Assembly (NCBI GenBank): GCA_963702205.1
Contig: OY969724.1
Location: forward strand, 1,824,001 to 1,888,000
Length of the DNA stretch: 64,000 nt
Direction of reading: 5' to 3'
DNA from: an uncultured candidate division Zixibacteria bacterium
GTDB lineage: Bacteria > Zixibacteria > MSB-5A5 > GN15 > PGXB01
Shown: positions 39,373 to 48,010 of the stretch, one piece after another
Layout: each line of letters starts with the position of its first letter
Numbering within the stretch: the stretch's first letter is position 1
Translations under genes and position numbers: made by a program
The notes under the pieces: generated by a model
Database searches by the model: none
Told to the model about the DNA's origin: nothing
The model's input: the letters and a program-made list of their open reading frames with translations, nothing else

Positions 39373-39374
39373 CA

Positions 39375-39422
39375 TTTCTATATCTTGTGGGGTCGATTTC
39401 GGTCGATTACTATATCTCGTAA
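39375..39422. promoter_or_regulatory. Tandem NrdR-box-like sites, 32 bp apart
   Basis: TTTCTATATCTTGTGG (39375) and TTACTATATCTCGTAA (39407) versus consensus acaCwAtATaTwGtgt. Confidence 0.55.
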
Positions 39423-39458
39423 GTAGTTAAAAATTATGGGGTTAAAATAAAAAACCGC

Positions 39459-39487
39459 TTGACAACTGCCCAAATGTGCAGTATTTT
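39459..39487 (+). promoter_or_regulatory. Sigma70-type promoter
   Basis: TTGACA-17 bp-TATTTT. Confidence 0.6.
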
Positions 39488-39528
39488 GTTTTTGAGTCGA
39501 TAATAAATCATAAAGAAGGAGAACGAAC

Positions 39529-39714
39529 ATGGAACCCATAAAAACCACTATCGATTTTTCGGAAACCCCGGTGGCGGTGTGTCTGGCTCGAAGCGGTCAG
39601 GTGTACTACCCGGATCAAACGTCGCCCGAATCGTGTCCGGACTGCGGGGCCAATCTTGTCCGCCTCGGTTATTGTATGTCCTGTCCGCTATGCGGTTTCG
39701 GCAGCTGCGGTTGA
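39529..39714 (+). CDS. Small zinc-ribbon protein resembling the C-terminal ribbon of class II ribonucleotide reductases
   Basis: AAGGAG RBS; CPDCGANLVRLGYCMSCPLCGFGSCG. Confidence 0.75.
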   Translation: MEPIKTTIDFSETPVAVCLARSGQVYYPDQTSPESCPDCGANLVRLGYCMSCPLCGFGSCG

Positions 39715-39752
39715 AGTAAGCCGCGACAATTACGCGCTAAAAGGGAGGCCGC

Positions 39753-42425
39753 ATGAAACTGGGCAATTTGAAAAAATACGGTATTCCGGATATGATAATC
39801 GACGCCTGGACAAACCGTCAGGGCGAGCAGCTTTTGCCGCTTCAGGAGCAGGCCATAAAAAACGGCCTGCTGAACTGCGGCGACGGCGAGCTTAAGAATG
39901 TACTTATTTCCGCCCCGACGTCATCGGGTAAATCGTTTTGCGGGGAAATGGCCGCGATCAACACGCTGCTGCATCGCCGCAAGACGATCATGCTCTTTCC
40001 GTTGAAATCGATTATCGAAGAAAAGTATGACTATTTTTACGGGTGCTATAACGAACTCGGGATAAAGACTATAATCGTCACCGGCGACCATCCCGAAAAC
40101 GACCGGGCTTTCCGTCGCGGTGATTTCGATCTGGCGCTGGCGGTGTACGAAAAATTCAATCATCTCCTGACCGCCAACCCCGATATCCTGTGCCATATCT
40201 GTCTGATCGTAATCGACGAATTACAGATGATCGGCGACGGCGAGCGCGGGATCGACCTGGAGTTGGCATTGACGAAGATCATCGGTTCCGGCTACAAACC
40301 GAGACTGATCGCACTGTCGGCGGTGCTTCAGAACGAAACCGATCTGGCCCGCTGGTTGGATTGCGAACTGATCCGCGAGACCGTTCGCCCGGTCGATTTG
40401 CACGTCGGCGTGGCCTGCAACGGCGAGTTTCGTTACCGAAGTTTCAACAGTGCCAGAGAGGATTGCGAGGATATCGCCATACCCCCGGAATCGGGCGAGG
40501 ACGGAGCCATCGAATTTCTTAAATCGGACGACAGCCGCCGGCTGGTGTTTCTACCAACGCGCCGGGATACTCTTCGGGCCGCTTTTAGGCTGGCCTCGGC
40601 CGTAAAATGGCCCCCGGCCAAAGAGACGCTCAAACGACTTCGGGGAGAAGAAAAAAGCCATCTCATAAGATCGCTGCGCCAGGTTCTTTCACGGGGAGTG
40701 GCGTTTCACAACGCCGATTTGACTATCGGCCAGCGCCGCCTGATCGAAGAGGGGTATCGTCGCGGCGAGATTAAAGTCATCTTTTCGACGACCACGCTGG
40801 CGATGGGGGTTAATCTCCCGGCCGAGACGGTTTTTCTGGGAACGATGAAATATTCTTCGGGACTGCTGGGCAGCGAACCACAGTTGATGCCGATCTCGGT
40901 GTCGGAATTTCTGAATATAAGCGGTCGCGCGGGGCGGTTCGGCTACGGGCCGGAAGGCCGTCCCGGACGGGCCATCGTGATGGCGTCGTCGGATTTCGAA
41001 CGTGAAGTGCTCTGGTCGACCTATATCGACGCCGAACACAGAGAAAATATTCGCTCCAGCCTGCGCGGTCATCATCTCAAAACGATTCTGCTCGACCTGC
41101 TGACGACGTTCCGCCTGGCCGGACTTCCCGATTTAAAGAAAATGCTCGGGTGCACTTTCCGGGTGGCGACCGGAGATATCATCGCCGATGACGATCTTCG
41201 TTTTACGCTCGACGAACTGATTTCCGCCGGGCTTATAAAATCCTCGCTGGAGCCGACGCCTGTCGGTCGGGCGGCGGCGGAGTACGGTTTGAGCGCCGAG
41301 AGTGTTGAGCATTATCAGGACATGCTGGCGCGGCGGGTTCCGGATACTTTGACCGGCTGGCTGTCGCTGGTGGTGTCGGGGCCGCAGTTCGACCCCGGCC
41401 GGGTGGAACTTAAGCAGGAGGATTATCGGCAGCGATTGTACGAACGCGCCGTGTTCGAGCAATTCAACGATTATCTGTCCGAACTGAACGCCTATATCGA
41501 TCTGGAAATCGGCCGCCAGCCGCTCGATTTTGCCACGGTCGCCCGGCTGAAGGCGACGTTTGTGCTGAACGACTGGGCCGATTGTGAGCCGGTCGAAAAA
41601 CTGGAGCAGAGGTACAATTTGCATCACGGGCAGATTGTGACCCTGGCCGAAAACGCCGCCTGGCTTTTGCGGGCGGTCGGCAATCTCGCCGAAGCGGCCG
41701 ACTGCGGCAGCCGTCTGCCGGACCAGTTGGAACAGCATGCCTTTTGTGTCCAGCACGGCATCGATTATCGTCTGCAACCGATTTTTGAAAAAGCCGGGCC
41801 GATGTTGAGCCGCGATGATTATTCCCGTCTGGAATGTCACGGTTTTTTGACCCTGTCCGATCTGGCGCGGTGTGGTCCGTCCGATCTCAAGGGTATCATC
41901 GTACCCGAAGAAAATATCGAAAAATTACTCGATCTGGTCAAATCAGAAGCAAAGGAGGATAAAATGGCTAATCAATTTGGTGCGTCGTCGATTGCGGTAA
42001 ACAACTACCGGTCGGCGGTTCCGCCCGGCGGCAATCTGCGGCCGTCGGTGGTGGAGCTCGACGGTTCTTATGAACGCGAGCGGTATCTGGTGAAAATCGA
42101 CGGATTCCCGGTGCGTCTGACCGGTAAATCGTTCAAGTACCTGGCCAAGCTGGCCGGATCGCGTCTGATGGACGGTGACGGCTGGATTTACAAGGACGAC
42201 ATCGAGTTCGGTTTCAACCAGGCTCGTTATCTGTATCGCCTGAAGCAGGAAATCAACAAAGAAGGTGGTTTTCCGTGGCAGATTTTTGAAAATAATCGTC
42301 TGGGCTATTATCGTCTGGACCTCGACCCGTCGCAGATAAGGCTCAACCTCGCGAATTTTAAATCGCACCCCGACTATGAGTTACGAGCCATCGCCGAAAG
42401 ACTGACGATGCGCCGGGCCTGTTGA
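39753..42425 (+). CDS. Ski2/Hel308-like SF2 helicase with extra C-terminal wHTH-like domain
   Basis: LLPLQ, APTSSGKS, DELQ, LSA, VAFHNADL, STTTLAMGVNLPA, SGRAGR. Confidence 0.9.
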   Translation: MKLGNLKKYGIPDMIIDAWTNRQGEQLLPLQEQAIKNGLLNCGDGELKNVLISAPTSSGKSFCGEMAAINTLLHRRKTIMLFPLKSIIEEKYDYFYGCYNELGIKTIIVTGDHPENDRAFRRGDFDLALAVYEKFNHLLTANPDILCHICLIVIDELQMIGDGERGIDLELALTKIIGSGYKPRLIALSAVLQNETDLARWLDCELIRETVRPVDLHVGVACNGEFRYRSFNSAREDCEDIAIPPESGEDGAIEFLKSDDSRRLVFLPTRRDTLRAAFRLASAVKWPPAKETLKRLRGEEKSHLIRSLRQVLSRGVAFHNADLTIGQRRLIEEGYRRGEIKVIFSTTTLAMGVNLPAETVFLGTMKYSSGLLGSEPQLMPISVSEFLNISGRAGRFGYGPEGRPGRAIVMASSDFEREVLWSTYIDAEHRENIRSSLRGHHLKTILLDLLTTFRLAGLPDLKKMLGCTFRVATGDIIADDDLRFTLDELISAGLIKSSLEPTPVGRAAAEYGLSAESVEHYQDMLARRVPDTLTGWLSLVVSGPQFDPGRVELKQEDYRQRLYERAVFEQFNDYLSELNAYIDLEIGRQPLDFATVARLKATFVLNDWADCEPVEKLEQRYNLHHGQIVTLAENAAWLLRAVGNLAEAADCGSRLPDQLEQHAFCVQHGIDYRLQPIFEKAGPMLSRDDYSRLECHGFLTLSDLARCGPSDLKGIIVPEENIEKLLDLVKSEAKEDKMANQFGASSIAVNNYRSAVPPGGNLRPSVVELDGSYERERYLVKIDGFPVRLTGKSFKYLAKLAGSRLMDGDGWIYKDDIEFGFNQARYLYRLKQEINKEGGFPWQIFENNRLGYYRLDLDPSQIRLNLANFKSHPDYELRAIAERLTMRRAC

Positions 42426-42535
42426 TGGTGGCGGAACAGCACGGCCGGAAGCGGGTTTTATATAATAGAATTGTTTTTGTGGACGGATTTATATAACTTT
42501 GTCGGAATCCGCCGATACGATATAAAAAGGTTGCC

Positions 42536-45010
42536 ATGATTAAAAAACTGTCTGCACGAATCCCGCTTCTGGCCGCCGATAAAGAGCCGGTTTGGGCCAT
42601 ATTACCGACTAAAACCCTGATATTATTTCCGGGCGAAACGGTCTCGCTTCAGGTTGGCCGACCGTCCAATATTAACCTCATCGACGACTATTTCCATCAG
42701 GGAGATCTGATCGGAATCGCTTATGCCCCCGGTGGTTACATGGGCGACAAAGATTTCAGCCTGTGCCAGGTGGGGACGGCGGCGAAGATAATTTCGGTCA
42801 AACCCGGACCCGGCAACTCCAAAATAATTTCGCTCGAAGGCACCGCCCGTATCGCCCTGCAGCACCTGGAGCAAACCGAGCCATATATCAAGGCCGGTAT
42901 TGCCTTTATACAGGAGTCGGTGACCCAGACACCGCGGACCGACCAGCTCTGCAAAGAAATAATCGACATAATAGAACAGATCACGGCTCTCGACCCGTTG
43001 TATTCGACCGAGCTGTCTTATATAATGAAATTCAATCTCGATGATCCCGGCAGCTTTGCCGACAAAGTCACGACCGCCTTCCATTTTCCGATCAGCTCCA
43101 AACAACAGATTCTCGAAGCGTACCGTGCCACCGACCGCCTGCGAAAAGTTTTGAAATTCCTCAAAGGCGAACAGGATCGGATTACGATTTCCAACGAGAT
43201 CAAGCAAAATGTCGAGGAGCGTAATGTCGAGCAGCAGCGGCGGTTTTATCTGCAGCAACAGCTTTATGAAATCAAACGGCAGCTGGGTGATGAATTCGTC
43301 GAGGACAAAGTTTCGCAGCAGTTAAAGAAAGATATTAAGCGTTTTACGAGTCTGCCTGCCGACGTGCGTGACAAAGCTTATGCCGAAGCCGACCGGCTGG
43401 GGCAGCTCTCGAGCGCGTCGGCCGAGTTCGCGGCCACCAAGATGTATATCGACTGGCTGCTCGGGATCCCATGGGGAATTTATCAACCGGATACTTATGA
43501 TCTATTGCAGGTCGAAAAAAGTATCGACAAGATGTACTTCGGTTCGGCCCAGACAAAGCGAAGAATTTCGGAGCGTTTGGCGGTGCGGCTTTTGTCGGGC
43601 GGAAAAAACCAGGGGCCGGTCCTGTGTCTGGCCGGTGCGCCCGGCACGGGCAAAGCGTCGCTGGCACGGGCTATCGCCACGGCCCTGGGCAAAAAATTCG
43701 CCCGCATTTCGGTCGGCGGACTGGTCGATCTGGCCGATATTAAAGGTCAGCCCCGGACCTATCTCGGTGCGACACCCGGGATTATTGTCCGCACGTTAAA
43801 AGAACTGGGGGTCAGCGACCCGGTCATATTGATCGAGGATATCGAATATTTCGCCGGTGACGCCAACACCGCCCTGCCGCTGGCTTTGCTGGAAGCCATC
43901 GACCCTCGTTATAATTCCAACTTTCTGGACTATTACATCGGCCTGCCCATAGACTTGAGCAAGGCCATTTTTATATGCTCGATAAAGTCACCCGAAGATA
44001 TGCCGGATACGTTCGCACATCGCTTTGAGATCGTGGAGCTTCCCGGATATATCGAACGGGAAAAGATATTTATCGCCCGCAAATATATTATTCCGCAGCT
44101 TCAGAAAAAACACGGCCTCAAGAAAAGCGATGTCACCTTCACGCAGAAGGGCCTGGAGACGATAATTCGTTTCTATACCCTTGAGGCGGGGCTGCTTAAT
44201 CTGACCCGTCAGATCGAAAGGATTTTCCGCTTTCTGGCCCGAGAAAAAGCGTCGAAAGTGAGAAAGTCGTGGCATGTGACCGAAAGAACGGTCGAAGATT
44301 TTCTGGGCACCCCTGTCTATATTCCTGAAAAGCCCGACAATCAATCCGAAATCGGTGTCGCAGTCGGTCTGGCCTGGACCGGGGTCGGCGGTGACCTGAT
44401 GATTATCGAGGGCTTGCGCATGCCCGGTAACGGCGAAGTGATCTCGACCGGGTCGCTTGGAGAAGTCATGCGTGAATCGATACAGGCCGCGCACAGTTAT
44501 GTCCGCTCCAAGGCCGACATACTCGGAATCGATCCGGGCGATTTCAGCAATTTCGATATTCACATACACTTTCCCTCGGGCGCCATTCCCAAAGATGGCC
44601 CGTCGGCGGGGGTAACCGTCTCGCTCGTGATGGCGTCGCTGATGGCCGAACGACCGATTCGCAACGACGTGGCGATGACCGGTGAAGTGACTCTCCGGGG
44701 CAAAGTGCTGCCGGTCGGAGGGGTGAAGGAAAAGGTAAGTGCGGCGTACCGGGCCGGACTTAGGACGGTCTTTTTGCCGACCGAAAACGCCAAAGACCTG
44801 AAAGATCTTCCGCCGGACATTTTAAAAAAGACAAGATTCATATTTATCGATAAAGTCGATCAGTTGTTCGAGCAGGCCCTGCTCGATTTTATTCCGTCCA
44901 GTTATACTCTGGAAAAAATGTTTGCCGCGGAAATCGAGAAAGTCAAGAGCCGCAAGAAAAGCCCGTCGACCCGCAAAATTGCGGCAAAAGGCCGCAAAAG
45001 ACAAAAATAA
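42536..45010 (+). CDS. lon: Lon (endopeptidase La) homologue with degenerate ATPase motifs
   Basis: LON N-domain; GLAWT, PKDGPSAG, MTGEVTLRG, GGVKEK intact; Walker A GAPGTGKAS, Walker B ILIEDIE. Confidence 0.9.
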   Translation: MIKKLSARIPLLAADKEPVWAILPTKTLILFPGETVSLQVGRPSNINLIDDYFHQGDLIGIAYAPGGYMGDKDFSLCQVGTAAKIISVKPGPGNSKIISLEGTARIALQHLEQTEPYIKAGIAFIQESVTQTPRTDQLCKEIIDIIEQITALDPLYSTELSYIMKFNLDDPGSFADKVTTAFHFPISSKQQILEAYRATDRLRKVLKFLKGEQDRITISNEIKQNVEERNVEQQRRFYLQQQLYEIKRQLGDEFVEDKVSQQLKKDIKRFTSLPADVRDKAYAEADRLGQLSSASAEFAATKMYIDWLLGIPWGIYQPDTYDLLQVEKSIDKMYFGSAQTKRRISERLAVRLLSGGKNQGPVLCLAGAPGTGKASLARAIATALGKKFARISVGGLVDLADIKGQPRTYLGATPGIIVRTLKELGVSDPVILIEDIEYFAGDANTALPLALLEAIDPRYNSNFLDYYIGLPIDLSKAIFICSIKSPEDMPDTFAHRFEIVELPGYIEREKIFIARKYIIPQLQKKHGLKKSDVTFTQKGLETIIRFYTLEAGLLNLTRQIERIFRFLAREKASKVRKSWHVTERTVEDFLGTPVYIPEKPDNQSEIGVAVGLAWTGVGGDLMIIEGLRMPGNGEVISTGSLGEVMRESIQAAHSYVRSKADILGIDPGDFSNFDIHIHFPSGAIPKDGPSAGVTVSLVMASLMAERPIRNDVAMTGEVTLRGKVLPVGGVKEKVSAAYRAGLRTVFLPTENAKDLKDLPPDILKKTRFIFIDKVDQLFEQALLDFIPSSYTLEKMFAAEIEKVKSRKKSPSTRKIAAKGRKRQK

Positions 45011-45403
45011 AATCAGTCTTTTCAGTGTCAAAAATATAGTATTTCGCAGCCGACCACGGACGTCCTGCGAAATCATAACAAAGCGCTCATCCAAAATTAA
45101 CTTGACAGTTTTTCGCAGCAGGGGTTATATTGAAAACGTGAGGAATGACGGGAAGTCCCTGATGTTCATACATCTTTCTTTTACTGACCCGTTTTATGCA
45201 GGGTAAATCCCCTGGTTTATGGAAGACCTGTGGATGGCCCCCTGTTTTACTTATCATAGTTGACCGAAGCGGCACCGGTCGCTGGAAAATAACGGCCCGT
45301 TATCCGAGGGGGATTGCGCGTGGCCGAAGACAATTGGAATTCATGCCGTTAAATGAATAACAATCGATAAATAATAATTAATATAACAGGATAGGGGTAT
45401 TAC

Positions 45404-47773
45404 ATGGGACGTAAACTTATTCTGACACTCCCGGCCGTGTTAGTTCTTTTTTGGGCCGGAATGGCCAGTGCGGCCAATATTTTGATTCATGCCGAAGCCG
45501 AACCGGAAATCGCCCCCGGTTTCATTCAGGTCGGTGAAGATTTCACAATCGATATTTACATGCAGAACACCAGCGGCACCAACTGCCTCGGATTCAGCGC
45601 CACCTGGGAGCTGGCCGGTTCAAATGGCCTGACCAATATCATCCATCGCGACATCGGCGGGCAGACGTCGCTCGGCAGCGATGGATCAGTATTGATGCTG
45701 AACGGTTTCGGTGTTTTCGAATATTGGACGGTTCTTAACCTGATGCGACTTGACAGCTGGGACGGCAGCCTGCCGGATACGGTCAACCATACGACAGCAG
45801 GTTTGCCTCCGGCGTCATGGCCGGCCAGTGACGATCAGGACCTTATCCGATATCAAATCGGACTTCACTCCGATCAGACAGGTATGCTTTGTATCGACTC
45901 CATCAGCCACAGTAACGATACTTATAACTGGCTGTGGTTGGCGCCGTCGGTGCCGGAATTCAACGGCCCCTATTGCTGGACTATTTCCGACGGTGTTCCT
46001 CCGGTCATAGGTTTAAGCGTCGATTCGATGGCTTTTTCCGGGGTGACGGGAAACCCTCCGCCTGCGCCGCAAAATCTGGTTGTCAGCAATACCGGAGCAG
46101 GGACCCTCAACTGGACCGGCACCTGGTCGTCATCGTGGCTCAATATCAGCCCGGCTTTCGGTGCCGCCACGGGCATTCCCACGAACGTTCAGGTTTCCAT
46201 CAATACGTCCGGCCTCGCGGCGGGCGTGTATCGTGATACCATCGTCATCTCCTCGGCGACGGCCACCAACAGCCCTCAGATAGTCCCGGTGAAACTGACT
46301 ATGACGGAGCCGCCCCCGACCATCAGTTTGTCCTCGTCGCAATTTTATTTCAGCGCCGTGGCCGATTCATCCAACCCCGATGATCAGACGCTGCACGTTG
46401 CCAATACCGGTGCCGGCACCCTGAACTGGACCGCCACCAATTCGGAAAGCTGGCTGGACATTTTCCCGACGTCGGGTACCGATGACGGTGACATAACGCT
46501 GTCGGTTGATATTACCGGATTGCCTTACGGTTTGTATTACGATACCGTCGTTGTCTCCGACCCGGCGGCGACAAATAATCCGCGCCGCGCGGCGGTGCGC
46601 CTGGAAGTGGCCTCCGGCCTGCCCGTGCTGGCCGTGGATTCGCCCTCCATCTATATCATAGTTGAAATTCCCGGGGGATCTCCGCCCAACCGGCAGTTTA
46701 CCGTTATGAATGCCGGTGGAGGAAGCATGACTTACCAACTGAACGAAAGCTCCCCGCGTATTTTAAACATGACGCCTTTGTCAGGCACGGTTCCACAGAC
46801 GGTGGACGTCGAGTTTAAAATTTTAAACGGAAACCCGCCTCAGGACTTTTTCGATACCGTCTGGGTTTCATCACCGGAGGCCATTAATTCGCCGATACCG
46901 GTGGAATTTCATTTTCATATCGTCGCCGACGCCGCGGAGATATTCGTAAGTCCGGATTCACTTTACAATGAATATTATGAATGTTCACAGGGTCTCGGCA
47001 TTTTCGAACTCCCGCAGTTCTTTACCGTTTATAATTCCGGCGGTGACACTTTTGAATGGAATATAACGCATAAACCTATCTGGTTGATGCTTACGGCAAA
47101 TTCAGGCACTCACGGAACGCAGGTATATTATACCTATCTTTACGACGGGTACGATGCCGGGTTTTATGAGGACAGCATTGTCATATATTGTGAGAATGCC
47201 CTGGTCAATACTTACGTCCTGCCCGTTCAAATGAGGATTCTGCCCACGGATGTTACACCGTCGGTATATGTTTCCTCAAAGAACTACGTTTTTACGGTGC
47301 AGGAAAATAAAACCGGCCGACCGAAGATTATGAATGTCAATAATTACAATCCCGGTTGTATGTCGTGGGAATTCAATGAGGATCTGTCCTGGATTACATT
47401 CAATATTGATTCGACCAACGATCGGAGATATCCGTGGTTGGTGGAACTTGTACCCAACGGTTATGGCATGACTCTCGGGACGTATACCGGGGCGGGCCAG
47501 ATTACGTCGCCCGATGCCGACAATGTCCCCATCGATATTAATTTCACTTTGAAAGTATGGAAATTGCACGGCGATTGTAATTGGGACGGATTGATTAACC
47601 TGAACGATCTTTTGTGGATGATTTACTGGATTTACTATACCTGGGATAACCCCATGCCGGAAAATATAGTCGCCGACTGCAACTGCGACAACCACTTCGA
47701 TCTCCTTGACATTCAAGAGCTTATAAATTATTTGTATTTCGGGGGAAGTCCCTTGTGCGGAAATCCCTATTAA
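45404..47773 (+). CDS. Secreted protein with BACON-like Ig repeats and C-terminal dockerin-like domain
   Basis: Repeated NTGAGTLNWT...WL.I.P..G; GDCNWDGLINLNDL...ADCNCDNHFDLLDI. Confidence 0.85.
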   Translation: MGRKLILTLPAVLVLFWAGMASAANILIHAEAEPEIAPGFIQVGEDFTIDIYMQNTSGTNCLGFSATWELAGSNGLTNIIHRDIGGQTSLGSDGSVLMLNGFGVFEYWTVLNLMRLDSWDGSLPDTVNHTTAGLPPASWPASDDQDLIRYQIGLHSDQTGMLCIDSISHSNDTYNWLWLAPSVPEFNGPYCWTISDGVPPVIGLSVDSMAFSGVTGNPPPAPQNLVVSNTGAGTLNWTGTWSSSWLNISPAFGAATGIPTNVQVSINTSGLAAGVYRDTIVISSATATNSPQIVPVKLTMTEPPPTISLSSSQFYFSAVADSSNPDDQTLHVANTGAGTLNWTATNSESWLDIFPTSGTDDGDITLSVDITGLPYGLYYDTVVVSDPAATNNPRRAAVRLEVASGLPVLAVDSPSIYIIVEIPGGSPPNRQFTVMNAGGGSMTYQLNESSPRILNMTPLSGTVPQTVDVEFKILNGNPPQDFFDTVWVSSPEAINSPIPVEFHFHIVADAAEIFVSPDSLYNEYYECSQGLGIFELPQFFTVYNSGGDTFEWNITHKPIWLMLTANSGTHGTQVYYTYLYDGYDAGFYEDSIVIYCENALVNTYVLPVQMRILPTDVTPSVYVSSKNYVFTVQENKTGRPKIMNVNNYNPGCMSWEFNEDLSWITFNIDSTNDRRYPWLVELVPNGYGMTLGTYTGAGQITSPDADNVPIDINFTLKVWKLHGDCNWDGLINLNDLLWMIYWIYYTWDNPMPENIVADCNCDNHFDLLDIQELINYLYFGGSPLCGNPY

Positions 47774-47786
47774 TTTGATCTTTTGG

Positions 47787-47817
47787 AAAAAAGCCGCCTT
47801 TTCAGGGCGGCTTTTTT
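47787..47817 (+). terminator. Intrinsic terminator
   Basis: AAAAAAGCCGCC-TTTTCAG-GGCGGCTTTTTT. Confidence 0.88.
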
Positions 47818-48010
47818 ATTGGGAAAAGGACCGATTCGGTCGACAAAATCAATAAACAAATGTGGCTGTTATTTTAACGTATGTAATAATGAATGAATTC
47901 CGCCGGTTGCTTTAATATCTTGACCAGAAGTACAAAGGACGTATATTGAAATATTACCAACCTGCCTGGTACTTTTTATTTACCGCTATAATAGCAAAAG
48001 GAAGATAACC

